Part shown: positions 38,970 through 51,248 of the stretch, in pieces | Numbering within the stretch: position 1 is the first letter of the stretch | Layout of the letters: each line of letters starts with the position of its first letter | NCBI GenBank assembly: GCA_001949185.1 | Contig: BDGG01000023.1 | Location: 1 to 64,000, forward strand | Source of the DNA: Ramazzottius varieornatus | Taxonomy: Eukaryota > Animalia > Tardigrada | Direction of reading: 5' to 3' | Length of the DNA: 64,000 nt | The notes under the pieces: generated by a model | Told to the model about the DNA's origin: nothing | What the model saw: only the letters and a program-made list of their open reading frames with translations | The model's database searches: none | Position numbers and translations under genes: made by a program

Positions 38970-39278
38970 GATACCCCACATGGGGTTTCGCGCGCGAAAA
39001 ATGACTGGATGCCACTAGAAGTTAGAAATTTGACAATTAGCTGCAAAAATGCAAGGGGTGTAGGGCGGTGCCAACAGAAAACAGAACTTCCGCACCACGC
39101 GCCCATCAGGAAGAGCGCTCTGGTTTCAGATTTGGTTTTCTGTTAATTCAGTCAGCCTGTTTACGTGTGTTTCGTTTCTCTTTCCACTTGAGAACTTTTG
39201 CTCCTTTCAGGTCTACTGTACATCTCAGTTTTGTACTGCGGGAGCTACAGTGAGATAGGACTGCGAAGAGTAGAGGAA

Positions 39279-39326
39279 TACTGCGCAGCTTCTTCTGCGC
39301 AGCTGCGCAGAAGAAGCTGCGCAGTA
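39279..39326. repeat. perfect 48-bp spacerless palindrome
   Basis: tactgcgcagcttcttctgcgcag|ctgcgcagaagaagctgcgcagta. Confidence 0.95.
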
Positions 39327-41261
39327 CCTATCACCATAGGTATCTCTAAAAATTTGTAGGTTGTCTGTTCTGATACTGCTGTTGTTTTTTGATTGAATGG
39401 ATATTTGCCGGCCTGTTCCACTTAACCTACTTTTAACATTTGGAACCAAAAGTGAACGATGCCTGTTTTCTACTCGATTGTGCTTGGCCCGCACGACGGG
39501 ACAAGTTTCTATTTTCGATTGGCATCCAGCCAAATGCAGGCGCATTCTCATGCTGCATGTCGTCACTGTGACGTCATGAATCTCGAGCACCTTCAGATTT
39601 TTTTTGTCGTAACCACTTGACCGCTGGTCAGACGGTCGAAAGTACCTCAGCATCGTGCTCCTCGATGTTTGATACACTGGATTGCATCAGCAGTTTAACT
39701 TCGCCCTCGGAGTCCCGAAACTTCAAACTGTTTTCGTGAGAAATTGGACTGGAGAACGTTTGTGCCCAAATTAGGCTGCCGATACACGATTGAAGTCCCT
39801 GTCATTCACCAGAAACCCGTGATAAGAATGACGGTAATCACAGCTTTCTGTTTCAGTTGATACTCATTCTGAACGGAAGTGAATACCGAAATCACCTCAT
39901 CCGCCTTTTCAAGAAAGGACTCAGCAAGTAATGGAGCCAAGAAAACGTTCACATGTGAATACCGGTATTATTGCGGCATTTCCTATTTCTGCTCACGGCG
40001 ACACACCAAAAACCTGCTTCTGAATAAATTTAATAGAAAACCAACCACTGCAGTAATACGCCAAAGATAACGACCAAAAAATTCAAAGGTGAATTTTAGA
40101 AACTCCAACTAGAGGTGCTGGCGGTACCATACTGTATTATCCAAACAGGAACTCAAAAATCAAGACAGCTCCGGATTTTAATCATCGTCATAATAGGAAC
40201 TGAAAGCATCCCAAATCTAACCCAAGTCTTTCGATTTCCTTCATGACAAAACGTATGTTTTCTCTTGTGGCACGAGAATTTCGCTGGATCCCCATTCGGA
40301 AGAAATTGTGTAACTTTCGGTTTTCATTAGTCTGGTAGCCGTGAACAAACTACCTTTCTCCATCATTTGCTTCTCCAAACACAACGCCACCTAAGCGAAA
40401 ATCAGCTTTTATATCCGATAGTTCGATATGTTATCCGCGAGAAAGAACTATCTCATACTTTGCCAAGTTTCTCCCGGAGGATTCCAGTTTCTAGTCAACT
40501 GTTTCACGCATACTTGGAGGAATAAACCAAAAGCACACGTTAGTGCACTGAAATTTCGGAAGGACTAGCTGGAACCCTTCACGGTCCCGAACCAGTTCAG
40601 CCAAACTTCTTCGCTTGGTGGACGAAATTAACATGGGCCGTAGAAGCCTCACCGTCAAGACTTTCGGAGACCACTGTAGCGAAAGCCGATAGCCGCCAGC
40701 GAAGCGCTAACGGAAAACATGGAGTAGGCTGTCTAGGTTTGCGTGACGCGTCGCTCCGGCACTGGGCCGTTCGGAGTGTGACGTCACCCATCGTCTTAAC
40801 GTAAGTCACACAGCAATCGTCCAGTGAGCGAAGAAGTTTGGCTCACCCAGGTATTCTGCCATGTCAAACGCGTTCTCTGCAGTCAAGTCAGCCTTTCTTC
40901 TTCCTTTCCATGTCAACCACAGCTGCAATGAGTCACTTTTCCTCCCGAATGTCTTATCACCGATATCGCACTTGGCGTCGTAGAACCTGTCGCTCTGGAA
41001 GAGGCAGCTGGACTTGTTGTTGTTCAAGCAAACCCTACAGCACCCGACCTTGAACCAAGAACTTTATAAAATGCGAGAATTCCCAGAAATCTCACAAAAT
41101 TAATTACCTTGTTTGTAGTTATCAGCAGTGCGGTCTGTAAAGCCAGACCCAGCGTTTTCTGCGGATTCCAGTTAACCGAATCTGCTCCAAAAAAAAATTT
41201 TTTTTAAGCGGTTCGCAATGACGTCACTGCGGCCTTATGCAGTACGAGGTAAACTTCAAAA

Positions 41262-41424
41262 GGGAGCATTCATTAATGACGTGAGGTACCCAGGGAGGGA
41301 TGATGAGTACCCGAAACCTGATAGTGATTTTATAAAAACCATTTGAGTGCTTGAAACGCCTGATATGGGAGGGGGATGGTCAGGCCTCCTAATATCGAAT
41401 CCTGACGTATTAATGAAGGCTCCC
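41262..41424. mobile_element. Tourist/Harbinger-like MITE in a decarboxylase intron
   Basis: gggagcattcattaat(g)acgt ... acgtattaatgaaggctccc with 3-bp AAA flanks. Confidence 0.65.
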
Positions 41425-42838
41425 AAAATTCGGTCGGATCGACTTTTCTATCACAATTCGGGCGGTCTGTATCTCAGCTCTTTCTGCTCCAAATCGCCTA
41501 GTTTTTGTCCCACGGGCTAGAACAGACACTCTTCTATCTCCCGTGGTAGTTCTAGAGATAGGAAGATGTCACAGAGTTGAGGAGTCAGCGGTGAAAGGAA
41601 GAGGGGGTCTGCTCAATGTTGAAAAGCCTAAAGTTGTATCAAGCGATGTACGATATCAATCAATATAGCATAATATATATACCGTATCAAATTTTCGCGT
41701 CGCCCGAATTATGATGGGGAAATTGACCCGCACGAATTGTGAAGTTTACCTCGTACGGCAAAGCTACCTTTCAATCCCTTTCATTGTGTAGCTTAGTTTG
41801 GGCGAGAGCATCACAGCACCTCCCCAAGCTGCCTACATCCGAAAGAAGAGTAAGTCAGCTCAAACACTATTCCGGTTGTCTTCAAGTAGTGGAAGCACTT
41901 TGACCCATACGATCAGTTTATCGGGACGATTTTCCTTACATCGACATGCATCCATATTCCGTGTTTTTCGCATCTCATCGCGACCAGGTTCAGCGGGTCA
42001 TTCGCCCCAAGGACGGTTGTACCGCTGGTGGCATTCATCATCACCGGAAGCTTGCCGTCCTTTCCTGCTCGACCGATTTTTTCTTCCAGCTTATCGGGTC
42101 GCATGCAACCCTTTATTGTCTGCCGGGACTTTCCACACATCATCGGTGCCGATACTCATGACGTTAGCAGCTTTTTGAACGCTGTAGTGCGCTTCGACGG
42201 ACGTAAGCTAGGATAATCAGCGGCTTATCAAAAGCTAATCACTTCTCGTCTTGACTGAAGGATAATGTTTGTACCGACGTAATTGGATGGCCATCATGTT
42301 CGAAATTGATCCTGATGCAAACAACAACATATTTCACATTTTGCAGACAACAACATAACGTCATGCTTATTTCGTAGCATTAACACAGATGTGCAATAAC
42401 AACATTATGCAAACAACTTATGAATTATACTCCCTCACCGGAACAGCCTGTCGATTTTATCAACATCTAGATAACCGATTAACTCTTTTCCGATATGCTG
42501 GATCAAATACGTTTCCACTAGTGTGAAAAGCGGCGCGACTTCATACGTGTACCTAAAACTGAAAAGTGGATCTCAATTAAGAGTATGCATTATTGGCGAA
42601 GCAGCCGATGTGCAAGTTCAGGTATGTCCCGCGCATGGCGAGGTGTCGCGCGTACCTCACTCAGGTTTATTACCTCTGTATGACATGCGCATCGGAACCG
42701 CAAAAAAAGAATTGTAGATCTTATCGTACAAATCGCAATGGCTTTTACAACGAACCTTAATATTCTGCATGCATGTCTCTGCTAACGAAATGCTGCAAAC
42801 AGCAGTTCGTAGTCCTATCTCCCGTCTAGAACATCTGT

Positions 42839-45800
42839 CTAGAACATCTAGAGCGTTCTTGTTGGCCTGAATTCTCTTTCAGGATGTCACGCTGATCCTG
42901 ACCAGAAATCTGGCCACACCAGACCCCAAGATACCATGCCCGGAATGTGGAGAGCTGTACACACCTCGAGGCATGAGTAGGCACACCGGAAAGACAGCCT
43001 GTGTAACTAACCTGGAAAGAAACAGGAATAATTCAGCTCCCTCGAGCCAGTCAGTCGTCGCTCCTGCTGATCAGCTGATCGCGACGAAACCGATCCATGA
43101 AGTCCTCCAGCACCTGAAAGCCTCAACAAAAGTCTTCCGCAGAATACCGAAAGGCGCTCGTATGCTGGCAGCAACGAGTTCAACGGAATAAATAGAAGAT
43201 GTGCTTCAAAAGAGGTCGGAATCATCCTGGCGTCATTTGATGGTGTTCAGCTTTGCAGGCTTGAAGCTGCCGGACAGAGATACGAGCAAGAAAGGAAACC
43301 TCACCACTGCCGTCAAGAATAACCTCTCAAGACAGCTTGTTAACCTTGAGTTGAATGAGAAGCAGACTGTGAAGAAACAACCAAAAGACTCAGTGCTCAA
43401 GAAGTTGGTAGAGGGCAAAATCAACGACGGCGAAATAAGCGGGGCGCTACGGGTGCTGTCCTCTGAGGATTCAGTGGCAGCTCCAACCCCGGAAGTTCTG
43501 GACACTCTTCGAGACAAGCATCCTTCAGAAAGCCCAGACAGTTTGTTCCCAAATCCCCCAGATCAGTTGTCGCTGCCCGAAGAAGTGACGGTGGAGGAAA
43601 TTCTCGCAGCTGTAAAGAGTTTCCCCAACGGATCTGCTGGTGGCGTTGATGGTCTGAGACCTCAACATCTCAAAGACATGCTGTCAGGTGCACCGAACGG
43701 GGCAACGATGGCGCTATCAGAAGCATTAGCTAAGCTGATTACGTTGACGCTATTTACGGTGTGCTCTACGGGGCATCGCTTACAGCCGTCAAGAAAAAAG
43801 ATGGAGGCCTGCGACTAATTGCTGTAGGAAACACGCTACGTCGCTTGGCAGGCAAGATCGTTGTCAAGAGAGTGGGTCGTGTGTTGGAGGAACAAGTCCG
43901 TCCTGAGCAAGTTGGTTGCGGTACCAGAGGTGAAGCAGAAGCAGCAGTCCATGCGGTTCGCTGCTTCCTTGAGGAGGGAAGAGACAAAAGTCAAGTGCTG
44001 CTCAAGCTTGACTTCAAGAACGCCTTCAACACCATACACCGAGACGTTCTTCTCCGTGTTGTTAGAGACTCCTTGCCTAAATACTTCCCGTTTGCCCAGC
44101 AGTTTTACCGATATCCCTCAAAGCTACTGTTTGGTCAACAAAGCCTCGAGTCAGCAAGGGGCGTGCAGCAAGGAGACCCACTGGGGCCCTTATTGTTTTG
44201 CGTTCTCATCCAGAAGCTTACCAAGAGCCTCACTTCCCCCCTGAATGTGTGGTACCTCGATGACGGCACCATCGGCGGTAAGATTGAAACTGTTCTGTCA
44301 GATTTGCAGGTGGTAATCAGCGAAGGGTGGAAGCTCGGACTGGAACTGAACTCGGTTAAACGTAAGCTTTTCTCCTTCGGGGGTTCTGCTCTGGAACGCC
44401 AAGCCGTGCAGGAAAGAGCAGCCGTCGCCTGTCCGGGTATTCTCTTTTCCTTCCAGGAGCGACCTCAACATTCTAGGAGCACCACTGACGGAAGAGGGCC
44501 TGGAGGAAGCCGTCTGAGCTAAAACAAGTAAGATCCGGATGGTAAACGCAAACCTAAATCTCTTGTTTGCCCACCAGGCCCTTTTCGTGCTCAGGAACTG
44601 CCTTTGACTGCCTGAGTTGCTGTACATTCTCCAGTGCTCTCCAGTATGGAAGGTCCCTGCTTTGCTCCGCGAGGTCGACGAAGTGGTTCGGCCGAGCCTG
44701 TCGGTGATTACCAACACTGGGATGAGTTCCGGTTCATGGCGGCAAGCAACACTACCTGTCGGTTTGGGTGGATTAGGCATCCGTCGTACGGAAGAAGTCG
44801 CGCTCCCTACCTTCCAGGCTTCGCTTCATTCTGTACAACAACTGGTGCTGATTATCTTGCCTGAAGCCGACTTGCATGGTGAAGCAAACCTCGCTCTCTC
44901 CAAATGGAGCCTCCTCTCCACAGCTGAGCCTCCTGTTCCCGAGCTTCGCCGCCAGAAGAAAGCCTGGGACATGCCTTTGCTGAAAGAAATACACGAGGAG
45001 CTAGTAAGTACTGCTTCGGATAATGATAAAGCGCGACCTCTTGCAGTTTCAGATAAGAACTCAGGCTGCTGGCTTCATGCGCTGCGTCATCCTTGTTGGG
45101 AAACCTACTCGACAACAACGCCCTACGGATTAGTATTGGTTTGCTTCTTGGTGCCAAGCGATGCCGTTCCCACGTGTGTCGATGTGGCGCCAGCGTGGAT
45201 GAGTTTGGCCAACACGGGTTGAGCTGTAAGTTCAGTGGGGGGCGGCACAGTCGTCACAGTGCGTTCAACGAGTCCCTGAAACGCGCGTTGACAACAGCCC
45301 AAATTCCTGCAGTTCTCGAACCACCCGGCATCTTCAGAAAAGACAAAAGACGGCCAGATGGAATAACGCAAGTCTCTCGGAAGAATGGTAAGGAGCTTGT
45401 ATGGGACGTCACAGTTGTGGATACACAGGCTTTGACAAACTTGGCAATGTCAACGGCGAAAGCTGGTTCAGCTGCTGACGCCGCCGAGAAGAGAAACATC
45501 ACGAAGTACGGGGACATCGGAAGCCAATTTGAGTTCTGCCCTGTCGGACTGGAGACTCTTGGACCTTGGGGTCCTTCCGCGACAGCGCTGTTCGAAGCTG
45601 TAGGAAGAAAGATGGCGGAAGTAACGGGCGAGCCGAGGTCATTTCAGTTTTTCAAGCAGCGAGTGTCCATAGATATTCAACGTGGTAATTGTTATTCTGT
45701 TCTGACTACTGTTAAAGATACGAAGGGTCTTGATGAAGTGTTTTATGCTTTAGATGTAAAAAAGAGAAAATCCGTGTAGCGTTTTTGTTAATTTTTTATC

Positions 45801-45856
45801 GCTGCTTCCTCATTTTTTGAGTATAGATTATTGTCTTCAAATAAAGATTTTAATGT
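42839..45856 (+). mobile_element. near full-length CRE-clade non-LTR retrotransposon (RT + restriction-like endonuclease), frameshifted
   Basis: N-terminal Zn finger CPECGELYTPRGMSRH; GSAGGVDGLRPQHLKD; KKDGGLRLIAVGNTLRRLAGK; LKLDFKNAFN; GVQQGDPLGPLLF; WYLDDG; CRCGASVDEFGQHGLSC; RRPDG..WDVTVVDT..AEKRNITKY..QRVSIDIQRGN. Candidate 10-bp TSD gaacatctgt (42829-42838, 45857-45866). Confidence 0.92.
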
Positions 45857-46901
45857 GAACATCTGTTACCCCCCGATCAAAGTGAGGATTGACTCGATAT
45901 AAAAAAATGCGCTTTCGGATGAAGTCAGAATCACTGGTTTCCTAGCCGTCCTTCCAGAATTTGATCAGACGACATTTTGAGCAGATCAAGCGCTACAAAA
46001 ACCAAATCTGTCGAGGGAAGACCAATTTTGTGTTGATTTTCGCCTCTGCAATGTTTGTTGATTCAACAGGCCACTAAAAATTTTAGTCCAACTCGTCAGT
46101 GGAGTGAACACGCAATTGCTCCTTGCAGCAAAAGTATTGTTTAGTGTGCGTTGTCGTCTCTTACATCTCTCCCCTCTGCTCAAAACCTAGACTAATCAAA
46201 TCCTTCTTGCAACATATTTATGAACATAACATCTGCTGCATTGGACAAGTACGTAGAAAAGGTCGACAAAGCATCATATTGTCAGTACCGGTACCAAACT
46301 TCTTCGCTCAGTGGACGACTGCTGTGTGACCAACCTTTACGGCGATGGGTGACGTCACGTGCCGAACGGCTTAGTGCCGGAGCGACCCGTCAGCCAAATC
46401 TAGACTGCCTACACCGTGTTCTCCGGTTGCGCTTCGCTAGCAGGTAGCCGCTGTCACTTGAACTTCAGATTGTCGAACCCAGAGGAAAGCCAATATCGCC
46501 TTAGCTTTGGACATAACCAGCGTCACGCAACCTAAGAGCGATTTCGCGCTGTCTGGAAATTCTTCCAGACAAGAACACAGGAGACTGTCGTAATGACAAC
46601 TCGTGACCGAATCAAACGACTATCCACGAACAGCCTTCTCCTTCAAGATCACATCATCTGCCTCCAACTTCCAACCCTGAAAAACCGGGAAGTCGTAGAC
46701 TATCCTGCTACACTCACTTCGCCAAGTAGCTTGGAGCAGCTGTACTGCAAAAGGTCTCCATGGTCGCAAATGCGCGTGACGATTAACTTTTAGCAGCCTA
46801 TTTCTCAAGCCAGTTACGGAGCGGCGGGCAGTTCAGTAATTATACACGTTTCATCAGCACGCACAACGATGTATTGACTGATTGTGTGCATGAGTCATGT
46901 A

Positions 46902-47102
46902 TTGTATTCCCTCGATGGTTTCGCGAATCCAGCCAGTAAGTAAACTGCACCTGCACTGACATCACTGATTGATCCGATTGTCGCCCATCGCGGGAGTTGA
47001 TTGGCGAGTAAACGTTGATTGAAGACACAGGTATTTTCCATCACCGCCGGGTATATTTACGTGGACCGTCACGTGATTCGCGAAACCATCGAGGGAATAC
47101 AG
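46902..47102. mobile_element. MITE with 27-bp perfect TIR, TA target
   Basis: tgtattccctcgatggtttcgcgaatc ... gattcgcgaaaccatcgagggaataca. Confidence 0.85.
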
Positions 47103-48302
47103 TACGATTACGGAACTGCCTGCCGCTCCCGAACTCGCTACGGAAATACGGTGCCAGAATTTGTGTGCGTCCTTGTCCATGGTCCGAGGGCTTCCAAATA
47201 AACAGACTCGAAATCCAAACGACGACTTCGCGACATTATCTCGCGTAATGACGGCACGGTTTTGAGTGTTCCGCATTAAAACCACGGAATACTGGATCCC
47301 GAGGCTGGGTCAAGCTGGGCTTAACTAGCCGGGCAGAGAGATATTCCGGATAACGGTTTGGAGGAATATGGTAAAATGTGACATACGCGGATCAACGTTA
47401 TACATGCCGGTGCAGGAAACAACAAAAACGGAATTGATATTAGGAAAAAATTGATTTCAGTTTTTCTACTCGATATAAGATACTAGACGCGGCACCCTAG
47501 GGCCGGAAGCTATCCCAAAGAGCATTTTTTGATGTGGCGATTGCGCTTTCCTTCGGGGCGGCAACGTGTGGCTGTAACTGTAACGCAACGCCGAAGGAGC
47601 AGTGCCGCTTCGAAGCCACCACCTGCGGTTGTGACTGCCGGTCAAACCCACAAAAACAGTGCGAGTTTCAAGGGGCCAAATGCGGCTTCGACTGCCGAGC
47701 GCGGACCAGGAAGCGATGTCGATTTCAAGAAGATCAGCTCTCGTTCGCTAAAAAGCCACAGCTGCCTGAAGTTCCACAAAGACAAGAAGATGTTCGATCG
47801 GGATAAGATCCGCCGGCGTCCCGTGGATGGGCTCGAAACTGATGTGGAATTAGCGGCACCGTAAAGTCCCAGCGAGATCATAACGTATTCGCCGATGGCT
47901 CATCCGACGGTGGAGCATATTAATCAAGAGTGTTTGTCCGGAAGACATTATTTCGGAACCAGAAACTTCGCTCACAAGCTGGCTCCAGTTTTCTTATGGT
48001 CACTTTGTCGCGGAATCCGCTTTCCTTTCGAGCTCTTCTACACGCATTCGCCGGTTCGCCGTGAAGATAGGCCATATATCAGACTGCAGGTGTAAGTCGA
48101 GAAAGATAAATGAAGCTCCCCTGTTTGACTGTGATACCGAGAGGGATCTGACAGTAAGTTCATAGCACCTACAACGAAGTGCGCCTCCAGTTGGGTCGTT
48201 CAGGCGCTCAAGGCCCTAGCTGTAGGGCATATTCCCCGGAAACTCCTTGCGATCAGCTGAGCGACTTGATCTGCTCCTGCTTGATAGTTTTCGCCATCGG
48301 TA

Positions 48303-48499
48303 CACGCACGAAAAGAAGGTTCGGGCCACCAAAGAGTTTGGGCAACATGGAAAAGGCGGAAAACTGAGTTTCAACCGTAGAAAATGGTTAAAAATCACTG
48401 TGGAGTGAATTGCACACGTACGTACATATTTCCGTTCCGCTGCGTCGGAATTGCCCGGCCCGAACGTTTTTACTGGCCTAAACTCTCTTTTTGTGCGTG
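48303..48499. mobile_element. MITE family C copy
   Basis: TA|cacgcacgaaaag ... ctttttgtgcgtg|TA with the shared core ggaaaaggcggaaaac..ttcaaccgtagaaaat..cacgtacgtac. Confidence 0.8.
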
Positions 48500-49461
48500 T
48501 ACCGCTATCGGCTTTTACAAACACATGCTGTAAACTGCGAAACAGCGGTTTTGAAACCGAGAACTTGCAGTGGTGGGTGTGACTTTTCGCTGCGGCAATG
48601 CAGTTCTTCTATCAGCAAGGCCGTACGCAAAGTGGACGCCAGAATGAAGATTGCCTATGGTGATAAAGTATGCCCTGTGTTTTGGATCTCTGAAGTATCA
48701 ACGGGGAAACTCTGGACAGACACGGAAACTTCATCTTTATGAACTATCAAATACGAGGATACAACCGGTTTGAGAAATCGACTGGTTGCCTATCCATCAC
48801 TTATCATCTTAGACTACTGTAGTAGACTGTCCGATCAAAGCAACAGGGAAAGAAACATTGCCTACGCGTAGGTTGCAATCAACTGATCGCACTTTCATCA
48901 CCCCTGTTATCCTCTCGGTCGACCCAGAACCAACTCGAAATGTCCAGGAAGCGAAACTGGACAGTGCTGATTTGCTCGTGTCTGTTGGCCTTTGCCGGGA
49001 GTTTGTTTCAAGACCTTCCGCTCGGCGGAAGACTCCGAGAGGAGAATCGCCAGCTTGTCGCAACGGCAGGGATGAACATAAGAACGCCACCAAGCATATC
49101 AAAGCAACCGAGCATAGTGCAGAACCACCACCTGCTGACCGGTGTCTGAATCTAAGCAGCGTGGAATATAACAGTCTAATAACGGCGTTCGTCTTCGCTA
49201 CGGGCGCTGTAGCATTTTTTGCGACGTTGGGAATCAAGCAATATGGACAAAAGTGGCTAATCTGAACATGTGGGATGCTCACTCATCCCCACTCACCCTT
49301 ACTGTAGTGCAAGTGGAATCCCCTAAAGTAGATTCAAGATGTTTTTTTAATATAAAGCATTCAAATTTCGGGCATGGCGTATTCATTTTCGACGCGGCGT
49401 TCCACGTTGCAGTGTTCTGATCGACTGTCTTCCTGTCCAATTAGGTTAGTCTTCATCAGTC

Positions 49462-49684
49462 TTCGAAACTTTCGGTCCTTTCGGGAACGAAGCATCCAGC
49501 CTTATCCAGCAAATAGGCAGAAGAATAGAAGCCACCGGCAAAACAAAATCTCTCTCGTTTTTGAAGCAAAAGCTTAGTATAGATATTCAACGTGGTAATG
49601 CTGCCTGTTTTCGGAACCTTTTCTAGTCATAGAGGTTTGGAGAAGATCTATTCTATTATCGATGTCAATAACCGAGATTTTTAG
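49462..49684 (+). mobile_element. 3' fragment of a second, diverged CRE-clade retrotransposon
   Basis: FETFGPFGNEASSLIQQIGRRIEATG..SFLKQKLSIDIQRGNAAC..RGLEKIYSIID aligns with the C-terminus of 42839-45856; shares atagatattcaacgtggtaat. Confidence 0.8.
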
Positions 49685-50936
49685 CTGATTTGAATTGTTT
49701 TATTGTTTTGAGGTGTGGTTCTACCGGGCCTCTTCATGCTTTTGCAAATTGGCTTGCGTTTTGTGTATGGCTGTAATTCTAGAACAAAATACAGCGGAGA
49801 ATTTTACCTTCGATTGATTCCTGGATTCTATGGACTGTTTCCGTTGAATTTTTCTCGATTGATGGTTTGGTTTTCCACCCGGATCGTCGATCCGGCATAC
49901 CCGGATTGATGACTGATACGGCCGATTTGACCCGGTCTTTCGTCAGAAGATCGGGTCAAGTTGGGGGCTGGCTGACGGGCTGTCATGTCAAGTAGTGACA
50001 TGACAGTCTGGCAGTCAACCCGGTGATGTTAACAAGTCTTATGTTTCGTTCACCGCTGTCCAGACTGCTCGTTTAGTGGGGACTTTCGACCACCTGTCCC
50101 AAAACCACAACTGCTGTTGCTGCCTCCTCCCCATCCCGCTCTGTTTAGCTGGTTGCCGACACCATAATAGTATTGACGGAATGTCTGTAAAACAAAACGT
50201 TCCTTTTTCGATGGAATATTCAAATCGGCATTTTCACACACGTGGATTGATAAGAGCTTCCACCAATACAAGTCCTGTCTCGTAGAACAGGTTTCCCCAG
50301 TCCACAAAGACTGGTCTGCTATCGCTTCCCACACTGAGAAAAGGCGAGATATTTTTATGAACAGAAACAGAGGATGTCTTCAAAATATATGTGACTGATG
50401 CTAGAATTTGATAACTTTATAAAGTGCATGTTCTACAACAAGCATAACTAGTGCAACAGCACGTTCCCGCAGCCTCTTCTATAGTAGAACCCTCAAGAGA
50501 AGGACTCGAGAGCTATCCTAAGAGAGCGACCTCGCCAGAAAATTACGACCCATTTTTCAATCATTCGAATTCATAGCTTCGATATTGGCTTACAAGATTA
50601 AGTTTATTGGTCCATACGTACTGCATAGATGGTTTTGGTCATCTGTTCCTTCATATCAATGTCGGTGCTCCTCATCGATTTCAGAGTTCCTTAACCATGT
50701 TGCACTTCTTGAAGCGCAGGATATGTACCGTATAGTCACCTTCCAACCTCTGGTGGGGTAGTTTGTAGAACTTCTGGTGGAGCATTCTGTCTAACGGGAA
50801 AGTAAACGGAGCGCATTGAGCAAAGGCATACCTGCAAGGACCGTGTCCGGACTCCGCAGCGCCCACCATGGCTACCATTTTTGGCTCGCTTCGATCAAAT
50901 ATCACAAAGAACTTTCGGTTGACCATGGTTTCTGTA

Positions 50937-51248
50937 TGAATTTCTCATCATTTCACTTTTCTACGAACATAACCACACCATTTTATACCCAATACGGCTT
51001 GGGGCTGAACCTGTGGCTGATATTCATCTTGATTTCTGGTTGGTCTGGTGGTCTGACGAGCTACCTTCTGGCAACCACAATCCTCACCAAGCGTCATCTT
51101 CGTTGTGGGTTGGGCATCCTAATCGCCAATGCCCTCCTGACCGAAAGTACCTTCTGCTTCTTCGCCTTTCCATTTCTCGCCTTTCAAACAGCCTTCGCGC
51201 AGCACCAACCTCCACGTTCTGCAAGGTCTCCACATTATTTCGCTCACA
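50937..51248 (+). pseudogene. truncated third paralog of the orphan GPCR (TM1-TM2 and start of TM3)
   Basis: GLNLWLIFILISGWSGGLTSYLLATTILTKRHLRCGLGILIANAL..FPFLAFQT aligns with the GPCRs at 37775 and 19217. Frameshift, then unrelated purine-rich sequence. Confidence 0.8.

Larger units (their letters stand above)
40218..46300 (-). pseudogene. group II PLP-dependent decarboxylase (GAD/CSAD/GADL1-like) pseudogene, multi-exon, split by a retrotransposon
   Basis: YTYEVAPLFTLVE, GSISNMMAIQLRRYK, LTSVEAHYSVQKAA, NATSGTTVLGANDPL..GIWMHVDAAWGG, ADSVNWNPQK (NPHK with H changed to Q), LFQSDRFYD..DIGDKT, TNVCFWFIPPSMR. Frameshifts, stops and deletions. The core 40218-42830 is well supported; the extension beyond 45866 is tentative. 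Confidence 0.88.

Noticed and set aside
47642-47864. Cys cluster followed by DRD, suggesting a TnpB/Fanzor RuvC-III motif
   Set aside because: No DRDxNAAxNI context, the Cys cluster is in another frame, and no RuvC-I or RuvC-II motifs are visible.
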